Translations under genes and position numbers: made by a program | DNA from: Minisyncoccota bacterium | Lineage (GTDB): Bacteria > Patescibacteriota > Minisyncoccia > Phycocordibacterales > SBAW01 | DNA: 64,000 nucleotides | Assembly: GCA_035546615.1 (NCBI GenBank) | Contig: DASZWM010000006.1 | Span: forward strand, 32,001-96,000 | Direction of reading: 5' to 3' | Shown here: piece after piece, positions 51,834-60,342 of the stretch | Layout: every line of letters starts with the position of its first letter | How positions within the stretch are numbered: the first letter of the stretch is position 1 | The notes under the pieces: generated by a model | What the model saw: only the letters and a program-made list of their open reading frames with translations | What the model was told of the DNA's origin: nothing | Databases searched by the model: none

Positions 51834-53915
51834 CTAGGATGGTAGCACGGCAAGCAGGTCGTTGATGCCGATCGGCTTGGTGAGATGGTGGTCAAAGCCC
51901 GCTTCCTGCGCCCGGCGCTTGTCCTCTTCCTGCCCGTAGCCGGTAAGCGCGATAAGCGTGCCGAGAAACTCGTTGTCCTTGCGCAGCAGGCGGGCCAGGC
52001 TGTAGCCGTCCACGTCCGGCAAGCCGATGTCGAGCACGACCGCGCCGGGGCTGAGCGCGGCGACCTTTTCGCGCGCCTCCTCGCCGCTGTAGGCGTACGC
52101 GACCCCGTATCCCTTGAGCTCCAGGAGCTTCCCGATGCCGTGCGCGGCCGCCTGATTGTCGTCGACCACCAGCACGAGCTTGCCGCCCGAAGTCTTTGCG
52201 CGCGGCGCGATGACCGTGGCCGGCGTTGGCTCGTCAACCGGGACGCCCGCCGGCTCGGCCATGAGCGAGAGGCGCACGACGAACTCGCTGCCGAGGTTGG
52301 AGCCCTCGCTGCGCGCCTCTATCGAGCCCTCGTGCATCTCGACCAGCTTCTGGGTCAGCGACAGCCCGATGCCGAGCCCTTCGCCGCGCTGCCCCGTCTC
52401 AAGCTGCAGGAACGGCTCGAATATCCGCTCGAGCATGGCCGGATCGATGCCGATGCCGGTATCCGCAACGCGCACGACCGCCTGGTCTCCCTCGCACCTG
52501 ACCGACAGCGTTATCTGGCCGCCTTCGGGCGTAAATTTGGAGGCATTGTTCAGCAGGTTGGTGAACACCTGCTCGATGCGCAGGGGATCGGCGTAGAGCA
52601 CCAGCGGCTCGTTGGGGAAGTCCAGCACCAGGGTCTGCCGCCTCGCCTCGATGCCGCGGGTAATGGACTGCACCGAGCGCTTGAGCGCGGAAAGGAGGTC
52701 GGCGGGCTTCTTCTGGAGCCGGAGCTTTGCCCGCGAGATGCGCGAAACGTCCAATAGGTCGTCCAAGAGGCGGTTGACGGTGCGCAACCGCTCGTCCATG
52801 AGCTCCAGCGCCTCCGTATGCTCCCGCGTCGCGCCGGCCGCATTGAGGCGGAGCCATTCAAGCCCGCTCATGACGGGCGCCAGGGGGTTCCTAAGCTCGT
52901 GGGCGAGAATCGCGATAAAGTCGCTTTTCGCCTGGTCCTGCAGGCTCAGCCGGTTGAGCGCGTCCTCCAGCCTCGTGATGTAGGAGCGCAGCGACTTGGT
53001 CGCCTCCTTGCGCTCTTCCTCAAGCCCCGCGATGACGAAGAATATGAACGCGAGGATGTTGAGCAAGATCTCCAACTGGAAGATGCGCACGCCCAGATCC
53101 GCGGCCGGCGGCGCGAACGGGCCGTACAGCGACCCGCCTATCGCAATCACGGTCGTCGCCAGCATCGCGAGTATGGTGAAGCGCGGGCCGATGCGTATGG
53201 CTATCCACGACAGCGGCACGAGCAGGAAGTACACGAGCGATACCCCGCCCGCGCTCGTGGTATTCGTCCAGAACAGCGCGTAGTCGATGGCCAGGAGCAC
53301 CGCGAATATGCTCAGTATCTCGCTGGCGCGCCGCCTGAGATAGAACGGCATCTCCGCGCCCCAGCGGATGACGAACCCGCCCACCATGAGCAGGCTCAGC
53401 ATGCTGCCGACCCACCACGAGCCCCACGTTACGGCGGTTTGGAAGGACGGGTCGAGATATTCGGCGGCGCGCGCGGCGGCGACGCCTATCGTCGGAACTA
53501 TCGCCGAGGCGGCGAACGCAACCAGCATGAATGAGAACATGTTGCGCAGGCTGCGCAGGCGCGGATCGAAATCGGTGCGCTTGAGGATGTACGCGCCCGC
53601 CACCGCCTGGAGCGTATGCGCCACGGGGAGCGCGACGAGGTACGCCGGCGTGCTGCCGTTGAGGAGATAGCTCAGGAGCGCCGCCGCATATACCGCGGGC
53701 CACAGCTCGATGCCGTAGAGGGTGAGGATGCCGAGCGCGATGCCGGCCGCCGGAATGATGACCGCCGGCGGAACGAAGAAATACGCGCCCAGCTGTGCGG
53801 CGACGAGATAGGAGACGAAGAGCACCGCTCCCGCGATACGCTGCTCCCGCGTGAGGTTCTGCGGCAGAAGCAGGGCTAGGTAGCGCATGGCTGCATTGTA
53901 AGTGCTTGGGTTCAT
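51834..53915 (-). CDS. Hybrid sensor histidine kinase: polytopic membrane sensor, HisKA, HATPase_c and a C-terminal receiver.
   Basis: ~8 TM N-terminus, H-box LAHELRNPLAPV, ATPase boxes, and receiver LVLVVDDNQAAAH...VLDIGLPDVDG. Its stop abuts the uppP start. Confidence 0.85.
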   Translation of the reverse strand: MNPSTYNAAMRYLALLLPQNLTREQRIAGAVLFVSYLVAAQLGAYFFVPPAVIIPAAGIALGILTLYGIELWPAVYAAALLSYLLNGSTPAYLVALPVAHTLQAVAGAYILKRTDFDPRLRSLRNMFSFMLVAFAASAIVPTIGVAAARAAEYLDPSFQTAVTWGSWWVGSMLSLLMVGGFVIRWGAEMPFYLRRRASEILSIFAVLLAIDYALFWTNTTSAGGVSLVYFLLVPLSWIAIRIGPRFTILAMLATTVIAIGGSLYGPFAPPAADLGVRIFQLEILLNILAFIFFVIAGLEEERKEATKSLRSYITRLEDALNRLSLQDQAKSDFIAILAHELRNPLAPVMSGLEWLRLNAAGATREHTEALELMDERLRTVNRLLDDLLDVSRISRAKLRLQKKPADLLSALKRSVQSITRGIEARRQTLVLDFPNEPLVLYADPLRIEQVFTNLLNNASKFTPEGGQITLSVRCEGDQAVVRVADTGIGIDPAMLERIFEPFLQLETGQRGEGLGIGLSLTQKLVEMHEGSIEARSEGSNLGSEFVVRLSLMAEPAGVPVDEPTPATVIAPRAKTSGGKLVLVVDDNQAAAHGIGKLLELKGYGVAYAYSGEEAREKVAALSPGAVVLDIGLPDVDGYSLARLLRKDNEFLGTLIALTGYGQEEDKRRAQEAGFDHHLTKPIGINDLLAVLPS

Positions 53916-53966
53916 GCGTCAATAAGTTGTGTGCATAACCGACAATCTGGTATAACAATTGTTCCA

Positions 53967-54419
53967 ATGCTTGCCATGAAGATAGGGGGAAGAAAAAAGA
54001 AGCCGGGCAAATTCACGCCGGGCGGCTACTCGCTTCGCGTGGGGCGCTCCGTTACCGGCCTGGGGCTTTTTGCGATGGAGCCCATTAAGAAGGGCATGTG
54101 CATCATCGAGTACACCGGCCGCCGCGTCAGCAAGAAAGAGGAGTACGAAAGCAACAGCAGGTACCTCTTCGAGATAAGCAGGACGAAGACGATAGACGGG
54201 CGGAGCAAGAGCAATACGGCCCGCTATATAAACCATTCCTGCCGGCCCAACTGCGAGATAGAGATACGGAAGGAGCGCGTCTATGTGTTCTCCAAGCGTG
54301 CTATCCGCGCGGGGGAGGAGCTCAATTACGACTACGATACCGATTACTTCGACGAATACATCAAGCCGGTCGGCTGCAAGTGCATCAAGCACCGGCCTGA
54401 TCTCTACAAGAAGAAGTAG
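53967..54419 (+). CDS. SET-domain protein, lysine methyltransferase-like.
   Basis: SET motifs ARYINHSCRPNC and GEELNYDYD, plus a Cys-rich post-SET tail. The track ORF starts at 53931. TATAAC lies 10 nt before the ATG chosen here. Confidence 0.7.
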   Translation: MLAMKIGGRKKKPGKFTPGGYSLRVGRSVTGLGLFAMEPIKKGMCIIEYTGRRVSKKEEYESNSRYLFEISRTKTIDGRSKSNTARYINHSCRPNCEIEIRKERVYVFSKRAIRAGEELNYDYDTDYFDEYIKPVGCKCIKHRPDLYKKK

Positions 54420-54425
54420 CGCAAA

Positions 54426-54460
54426 CAAAAATCCCGCCGGTAAGGCGGGATTTTTGTTTG
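54426..54460. terminator. Bidirectional terminator between the SET gene (+) and cspA (-).
   Basis: AAAAATCCCGCC-ggta-AGGCGGGATTTTT. Confidence 0.6.
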
Positions 54461-54473
54461 CGATAAGGGTTGC

Positions 54474-54671
54474 TTATGCGCGGGATACGTTCGTAGCTGC
54501 CGGGCCCTTCTCGCCCTGCGAAACCTCGAACTGCACCATGTCGCCTACTTTGAGCTCGTCAAAGGTGACGCCATTGAGCTCCTTGGAGTGGAAGAAGAGA
54601 TCCTTCGCCTCGCCTTCGCGGGAGATGAATCCGAATCCACGGTCAGTGAGCGTTTTTATCGTTCCTGTCAT
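54474..54671 (-). CDS. cspA: Cold-shock protein.
   Basis: GTIKTLTDRGFGFISREGEAKDLFFH with RNP1/RNP2 motifs. A long 5' UTR lies upstream. Confidence 0.95.
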   Translation of the reverse strand: MTGTIKTLTDRGFGFISREGEAKDLFFHSKELNGVTFDELKVGDMVQFEVSQGEKGPAATNVSRA

Positions 54672-54837
54672 GTGATTGTTATTGTTCTTATTGAAACTCG
54701 ACTACATTTCCCCAGCCAAGCGCTGAGGGTTTAAGACTACCATAGGCGCACTTGCGTGTCAAATAACCCTGGGGATAAGCGAAGGGGCCGGAAGCGCGCG
54801 GTATACTTGAGGCAGCTGCGGCTCCCGCGCCTTTTCC

Positions 54838-55572
54838 ATGAAAAAAGAAAAAGCATCCTGGTACTCCATAAGCTTCACCGGCGGGCTCATGGTGTCGCTC
54901 TACAGCCTGGTGCCCGTCTATATCGTCTATGCCGACAGCCTCGGCCTCGTGACGTCCTTCATGCGCTTCACGTCGGTCGGCGGGATGCTCTTCGTCACCG
55001 TGTGCGTCGCCGCCGCGAGAAAGCGCGGGCACCAGCTTTTCCGGCGCTCCGAAGCGGGGGAAGAGGGGAACGGTTTTACGCTCATGGAGCTTCTCGTCGT
55101 TATCTCCATCATCGGCATACTCGCCTCGATACTCCTGCCCGCCTTCGGCAACGCCAAGAAGGCGGCGTATCTGGCCCGCTCGAAGGCGGAGTTTAAGCAG
55201 ATATCCACCGCGCTCGAGCTCTATGCAAATGCCCACGAGGGCTCCTACCCGCCGGACGCAAACCGCGGGCTCCCGTCCGGCCTTGAGGCGTATTTAAGCG
55301 GAGGCAACTGGCCCAACGCCCCGTGGCCCGGAAGCGTCTATGACTGGGACGTATGGGGGCCGGCCGACCTTTCCTATGAGCCCAAGAATCAGATCTACCA
55401 GATAAGCGTGCGCTTCTGCCCTGCCGACCAGGCCCTGCCGTGCCAGTTCCCGAACGAGCCGTGGGCGCAGAATTTCGATTACTACAGCGCCGTCTATTAC
55501 TGCGTTTCGGGGCCGTGCCGCGCGCACTCGAGCCAGCCGGCCGACCATGCCGGCTATTGCGTCAACTGCTAA
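54838..55572 (+). CDS. Type IV pilin / pseudopilin-like protein with an unusually long N-terminal extension.
   Basis: Prepilin cleavage/methylation motif G|FTLMELLVVISIIGILASILLPAF at residues ~79-103, a Cys-rich C-terminus, and ~78 aa preceding the cleavage site. The start is ambiguous. Confidence 0.65.
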   Translation: MKKEKASWYSISFTGGLMVSLYSLVPVYIVYADSLGLVTSFMRFTSVGGMLFVTVCVAAARKRGHQLFRRSEAGEEGNGFTLMELLVVISIIGILASILLPAFGNAKKAAYLARSKAEFKQISTALELYANAHEGSYPPDANRGLPSGLEAYLSGGNWPNAPWPGSVYDWDVWGPADLSYEPKNQIYQISVRFCPADQALPCQFPNEPWAQNFDYYSAVYYCVSGPCRAHSSQPADHAGYCVNC

Positions 55573-55577
55573 GCGCG

Positions 55578-56468
55578 TTAGTTGTTGTCGAAAAAGTTGA
55601 TGAGGTACTGGTCGATGTCGCGCTGCTCCATCTCGTAGAAGTTCTTGTCCTCGCGGTGCAGGTCCTTGGCGAGCTTCTCGCCCACGAAGCGCCAGTGCCA
55701 CGGCTCGAACACGTAGTAGCCGTTGCCCTGCGGGTAGGACAGTATGAAGCCGTACTTGTAGGCGTTCTTAAGGAGCCACTGGTAGGCCGGGGTCTTATCG
55801 AAGCCGTCCAGGCCGCCGTTGAGGCCGGTCGTCGTCAGGTCAACCGCCGTGCCCAGCTGATGCTCGGAGTAGCCCTGCTCTGCGGAGAATGCGTTGGCCC
55901 CGGCGCCGTAGGTAACCTTGTAGGCAGACTTAAGCTCGCCCTGGCGGGCGAAGGAGCGGTAAGCGGAAACGACGAAGAGGTCGATATCGTCGTCCTTGGC
56001 GTCGTCCAGCATGTCTTCAAGGTGCGGCACCACCTGGGTCAGCATCTGCTCGGTCTTGGTATCGCTGTATACGTCCTGCTGCGGCAGGGTCTTCAGGCTC
56101 TTGGGGACATAATTCTCGTTCAGGAAGTAGACCTTGGAATATTTCTGCAGGAGCTGCGGGTCGGTATTGGAAAGCTTCTCGAGGTCGCCTACGGTGTTCG
56201 AAATGTCGCCCACGCTGTCCTCGAAGCCGCCGAGCCGGTCCTGCACCGCCACAAGGTTCTGCTGCGCGGAGTACAGCATGTCGGACAAGGATACGACCTT
56301 CTGCTGGAGGTCCGCGTTCATCTGCGCCGTCGTGGAGGCGTTTTCGGCCAGCTCGCTTGAAAGGGAGATAATGCGCACCTGTCCGTAGGCCGCCAGTGCC
56401 AGGCTCAGGACGCAGAGGGCGCCGGCGGCAAGGGTAAGGGGCATTACATGGCTGGTTGAGTCGCTCAT
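55578..56468 (-). CDS. VanY-like D-alanyl-D-alanine carboxypeptidase (peptidase M15B) with an N-terminal TM and coiled-coil.
   Basis: SAYRSFARQ, SEHQLGTAVDL and FEPWHWRF motifs. Confidence 0.8.
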   Translation of the reverse strand: MSDSTSHVMPLTLAAGALCVLSLALAAYGQVRIISLSSELAENASTTAQMNADLQQKVVSLSDMLYSAQQNLVAVQDRLGGFEDSVGDISNTVGDLEKLSNTDPQLLQKYSKVYFLNENYVPKSLKTLPQQDVYSDTKTEQMLTQVVPHLEDMLDDAKDDDIDLFVVSAYRSFARQGELKSAYKVTYGAGANAFSAEQGYSEHQLGTAVDLTTTGLNGGLDGFDKTPAYQWLLKNAYKYGFILSYPQGNGYYVFEPWHWRFVGEKLAKDLHREDKNFYEMEQRDIDQYLINFFDNN

Positions 56469-56567
56469 GCCCCCATTCTACTACATCCCGCGCCCCCTGG
56501 GGACAACAGGGTAGGGCTGTGATAGAATATCCACGTTTACTTACTAGTAACGTAAATAGCTAATTTT

Positions 56568-56825
56568 ATGGTTAGAACAGCAAATCCGGCTCTTCTTAAG
56601 CCGCTCAACCTTTCCTCCGATCTTGAGGCGGTTGTCGGCAAGGGCCCGATGCCCCGCTCGCAGGTCGTTAAGAAGCTCTGGGAGTACATAAAGAAGAACG
56701 ATCTCCAGAACCCGGCCAACAAGCGCAATATCCTCGCGGACGACAAGCTTAAGGCTATCTTCGGCGGCAAGGGCGAGGTCACGATGTTCGAGATGACGAA
56801 GCTCGTCTCGGCGCACATGAAGTAA
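56568..56825 (+). CDS. SWIB/MDM2-domain protein.
   Basis: Near-canonical SWIB domain: PRSQVVKKLWEYIKKNDLQNPANKRNILADDKLKAIFGGKGEVTMFEMTKLVSAHM. Confidence 0.85.
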   Translation: MVRTANPALLKPLNLSSDLEAVVGKGPMPRSQVVKKLWEYIKKNDLQNPANKRNILADDKLKAIFGGKGEVTMFEMTKLVSAHMK

Positions 56826-56900
56826 TCGGATACCGGAGTTTTCAACAAAAGGCCCGCCTCGCGCGGGTTTTTTGCTGCGCGCCGTGCTATCCTCTGAAGT

Positions 56901-57134
56901 ATGAAATTATTCAGCAAAGAAGGTCTGTCCCGGGTCTTTTTTATCAGCTCCATGGTGTTTGCCAAACTCTCCGTGCTTATTGCGTTCGGTTTTATAGGGT
57001 TCGAGGCGTATGTGCGCTGGAGCCTCAACCAGAATTTTACGTTCCTCGGCGGGTGGGAGCTTGAGGCGCTTACCGTCTCTGCGTTCGGGCTCATGTTCGG
57101 GCTCAATTACCTCAATCGCGCGCATAAAGAATAG
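56901..57134 (+). CDS. Hypothetical small membrane protein, 77 aa.
   Basis: Two hydrophobic helices. A bidirectional terminator follows at 57150-57184. Confidence 0.35.
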   Translation: MKLFSKEGLSRVFFISSMVFAKLSVLIAFGFIGFEAYVRWSLNQNFTFLGGWELEALTVSAFGLMFGLNYLNRAHKE

Positions 57135-57194
57135 GGAATAGGAAGTGAACCCGCCCGCGCCTTTGAGGCGCGGGCGGGTTTCGCCGTGTACGGG

Positions 57195-57488
57195 TTAAAA
57201 TGCCCGGTCCAATACGTCGCTGAAGCGCTCCGCGAGCACGTTGAGCCCGGGTATTATGCCCAGTACCGACAGCAGGATGCCGAGCAAAACTACCGCCGTC
57301 GTGGTGCCGACCACCACGCCTATTCCGTACAGCAGCCCGTTGCTCAGGCTCTTGGACCAGGAGGTTTTCGTATTGGAACGTATCTCCCCGAGCAGGTTTT
57401 CGACTTTCCGTATCTCGCCCCTTTCTTGCGCGTCCATAGGTATCATCATACTACGCAACCGCCCGGCATTTGGTGCCGGGCGGTTCAA
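57195..57488 (-). CDS. Hypothetical membrane protein.
   Basis: ORF with a C-terminal TM segment (LLYGIGVVVGTTTAVVLLGILLSVLGIIPG). Confidence 0.4.
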   Translation of the reverse strand: MNRPAPNAGRLRSMMIPMDAQERGEIRKVENLLGEIRSNTKTSWSKSLSNGLLYGIGVVVGTTTAVVLLGILLSVLGIIPGLNVLAERFSDVLDRAF

Positions 57489-57498
57489 AACCCATTAT

Positions 57499-57642
57499 TA
57501 AGCCTCGTTCGCGGCTTCGTCGGCTCGATTCGCTGCATCCTTGGCGTCGCTGACTTCCTTCTCAGCGTCCGCTACTTCATGATGCGCTTCGCTTGCCGCT
57601 TCCTGCGCGTCAGCCTTGTCGTTTTCATCGGCCATAGTATTG
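57499..57642 (-). CDS. Hypothetical small acidic protein, 47 aa (MADENDKADAQEAASEAHHEVADAEKEVSDAKDAANRADEAANEA); below the track length cutoff.
   Basis: My own minus-strand translation. No clear SD. Ala/Glu/Asp repetitive composition. Confidence 0.2.
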
Positions 57643-57869
57643 ATCGTTGTTTAATGAGGTAATCGCACTCCCACAGCATAGGGGAGAATTAATGAAGCCC
57701 GCATGATGAGGAGCTGAGGCCTTCATCATCATCCCTTCATGAATTAGGAGATATAGTATATATGTGTTACAAAGCGATTTAATTTGCGTTTTGTCAAACA
57801 CTCATTCATAATTAATGAATGTAACAGCTAACGGTCCTGTGCGCCTTATTATTTAGCAGAAATAACCCT

Positions 57870-58121
57870 ATGACTAATTCTATAAAGATCTCGGCTCGCA
57901 TTATCGCCGGCGCGGCACTCTCGCTTGCGGCCGTAGTGCCCGCCTTCGCTTTTGCGGCATCGTACGCGTACGTCGACCAGGCCGGCGACGTGAGGACCGT
58001 TGAGGCGGCCAATGCCAACACCGCCATCGCCACCGCTCCGAATATCGACGAGCACAGCGGCGTGATGCTCCTCGTCAACCCGAGCGACGCCGTCATCGGC
58101 GATCACGTGCAGGGCGTGTAA
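57870..58121 (+). CDS. Hypothetical small secreted protein.
   Basis: Signal peptide (ARIIAGAALSLAAVVPAFAFA). An AT-rich promoter region with inverted repeats lies upstream. Confidence 0.45.
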   Translation: MTNSIKISARIIAGAALSLAAVVPAFAFAASYAYVDQAGDVRTVEAANANTAIATAPNIDEHSGVMLLVNPSDAVIGDHVQGV

Positions 58122-58152
58122 GAGTGCGGCGTTCAAACAGTCATCACTAATT

Positions 58153-58995
58153 ATGTTCTCTCTCCGAATAGGCACCGCGGCGGCCATGCTCCTCATGGCC
58201 GTGGTGCCTATTTCGGTGTCTGCCGCAACATCCGCTGCCAAGCCTGAGGCGAGGTTCGACCCGCTGACCCTCATGGCGGACGTTTCCAAGCCCACTATCG
58301 GCGGCACGGCTACCAGCAGCAAGAGCGTGCAGATAATCGTCCGCAAGGAAGGCGAATCGAAGACGCTGTTCAAGAAGTCGTCGATAAAGGTAAAAGACGG
58401 CGCCTGGCAGACCAAAGTGACCAAAAAGCTCGCCGACGGCCGCTACGACATCGAGCTTAAGGGCACCGACGCAAAAGGCAAGAACCTGAAGACGCTCGCG
58501 ACCGGCACCCTGCTGGTCGGCTACCCGGCGGCCAACGCCAAAGTGGCGGCGACCCTGGTCGTGGCCCCCGTGCCGCTTTTGCGCGGCGGCGCGGCGCGCA
58601 CGGGCGCCTCGGTGCCTATCTCGTACCTGCAGGTGACCAATGTCGGCAAAATAGCCGCTACTATAAAAGGATTCCTGCTCAAGCAGAACGGCACGGCTTC
58701 CGGAAGCGCGGTCATCGGGCTTTCAAGCGTAGATGACAAGGGCGGCTCGCGCGCCAATACAGCCTCCATAGAGGGCGTCACGCCCTTCGTCGCGGGCGCC
58801 GCCTATGCGCCCACCGACGCCACGCTCCAGCCCGGCGAGATGAAGCTCTTCACCGTGCGCGCCATCATGTCCAAAAACGTATCCGCCTATCTCGGCCGCA
58901 CGCTCATGATAGACGTGACCGGCCTCGATACCAACGCCGGGACGGTGCAGGGCGTCTTCCCGATACGCGGAACCACGCTTACCGTCTCGAACTAA
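58153..58995 (+). CDS. Hypothetical secreted protein, 280 aa.
   Basis: Signal peptide (AAAMLLMAVVPISVSAA). Lys-rich N-domain. Confidence 0.5.
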   Translation: MFSLRIGTAAAMLLMAVVPISVSAATSAAKPEARFDPLTLMADVSKPTIGGTATSSKSVQIIVRKEGESKTLFKKSSIKVKDGAWQTKVTKKLADGRYDIELKGTDAKGKNLKTLATGTLLVGYPAANAKVAATLVVAPVPLLRGGAARTGASVPISYLQVTNVGKIAATIKGFLLKQNGTASGSAVIGLSSVDDKGGSRANTASIEGVTPFVAGAAYAPTDATLQPGEMKLFTVRAIMSKNVSAYLGRTLMIDVTGLDTNAGTVQGVFPIRGTTLTVSN

Positions 58996-59019
58996 ATTAC
59001 AAAGTAAATCTCATTTGCT

Positions 59020-59376
59020 ATGGATTCATATACGTCTCCGACAACGAAGCCGCTATACCGCGGCACGCAGATAGTGTGGTACATCCTGGGCGTCATAGAA
59101 ATTTTGCTCGCGTTCCGCTTCGTGCTCAGGCTCCTGGGCGCTAATCCCGCCGCGGGCTTTACCGCCTTCATCTACGGCGCCACATACGTATTCGCGGCTC
59201 CCTTCTGGAGCGTGTTCCGCGTGGGACAGGTAGGCGGCAGCGTATTCGAGTGGACGACGCTTCTGGCGATGTTCGTCTACTGGATCATCGCTTTCGGCAT
59301 CATCAAGCTGTTCCTGATGGGGAAGACCGTTTCGACCCCGGAGGCGGCGGTCAAACTGAACGAGCAGGAGAAATAA
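59020..59376 (+). CDS. Hypothetical membrane protein, possibly YGGT-like.
   Basis: Two TM helices (VWYILGVIEILLAFRFVLRLL and LAMFVYWIIAFGIIKLFLM). Confidence 0.45.
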   Translation: MDSYTSPTTKPLYRGTQIVWYILGVIEILLAFRFVLRLLGANPAAGFTAFIYGATYVFAAPFWSVFRVGQVGGSVFEWTTLLAMFVYWIIAFGIIKLFLMGKTVSTPEAAVKLNEQEK

Positions 59377-59578
59377 AGCCAGTTTCCGTTAGTGGTTCAT
59401 CTTGAAGTTGAACCATACCGCGGCAAAGGCGCCCGCGGCGCCGAAAAAAGTCGAGGCAAATATGCCGCCGCCCCAGAGCATGGGAAGCAGGCCTCCCGCG
59501 CTTGATCCGATAGTGATGGCGACCCAGGCTGAGCGGTCCATGCCCTCAGTATACGCCCTATGCTCGCCCCCGGAGTTA

Positions 59579-60178
59579 TTACTGCGCGAGCGTCACGCTT
59601 TTTGCTATCGCTTCGATCGTGGGCTCGTCGGCTTCCGCGGCTTTTTTGTTAAGCGGCGGGTGTATGACGAGCGCCTGGCTCGCGGTCGCGCTCGTTCTGA
59701 GAAGCATGACGTAATACGGGCCCATGAGGACGCTGCTGGTGGCGTGCGCGGCAAAGTTTGTCATTTCCCCGTGCAGGTACAGCTTCACGCCCGAGCCGCC
59801 CGCATCGGTCGAGAACGCCTCGCTGCTTTCAACTCCGGTGCACGAGAAGCTGCCGGTGGGCCCGTCGGCGGTGCAGAGGTTGGTAAGCTCGCGGGTGATG
59901 GCAGTTTCAAGTGTTTCGCCCGCCTGGCCTTCCACCGTAATAACGCGCGCTTCCGCGACACCGTCCACGGTGTCGCCTTCGATATGGCCGAAGACCGTAT
60001 CCTCGGGCGTGTACTCCTTCGTCTGGAGGCTAAGGGGATACATGACCGCGTAGCCGTAGGTCGTGTTCTGGTAGGTTGCAGTCTGCTGCTGCGTCTCAAT
60101 GGAAACAGTATGGGTAAAAGCGAAAGCCAAGGCGGCAACCACGACGATAACGCCCAAAATCCATCCGGTAGTTTTCAT
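59579..60178 (-). CDS. Hypothetical membrane-anchored / secreted protein.
   Basis: N-terminal TM helix (WILGVIVVVAALAFAF). Confidence 0.45.
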   Translation of the reverse strand: MKTTGWILGVIVVVAALAFAFTHTVSIETQQQTATYQNTTYGYAVMYPLSLQTKEYTPEDTVFGHIEGDTVDGVAEARVITVEGQAGETLETAITRELTNLCTADGPTGSFSCTGVESSEAFSTDAGGSGVKLYLHGEMTNFAAHATSSVLMGPYYVMLLRTSATASQALVIHPPLNKKAAEADEPTIEAIAKSVTLAQ

Positions 60179-60269
60179 AGTTCTTCAGTATACCAAATCT
60201 GTTTCGATGCTTCTCAAAACGCCTTATTTCGGCTATGATTTGCCTGTATTCCGGGCGGAATACATATAT

Positions 60270-60342
60270 TCCGCGGTAGCTCAATGGTAGAGCAGCTCCC
60301 TGTTAAGGAGTTGGTTGTAGGTTCGAGTCCTACCCGCGGAGC
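60270..60342 (+). tRNA. tRNA-Asn (anticodon GUU).
   Basis: Manual cloverleaf: acceptor TCCGCGG/CCGCGGA, D-arm GCTC-aatggta-GAGC, anticodon stem GCTCC/GGAGT with loop CTGTTAA (GTT), T-arm GTAGG-ttcgagt-CCTAC. No CCA is encoded. Confidence 0.85.
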
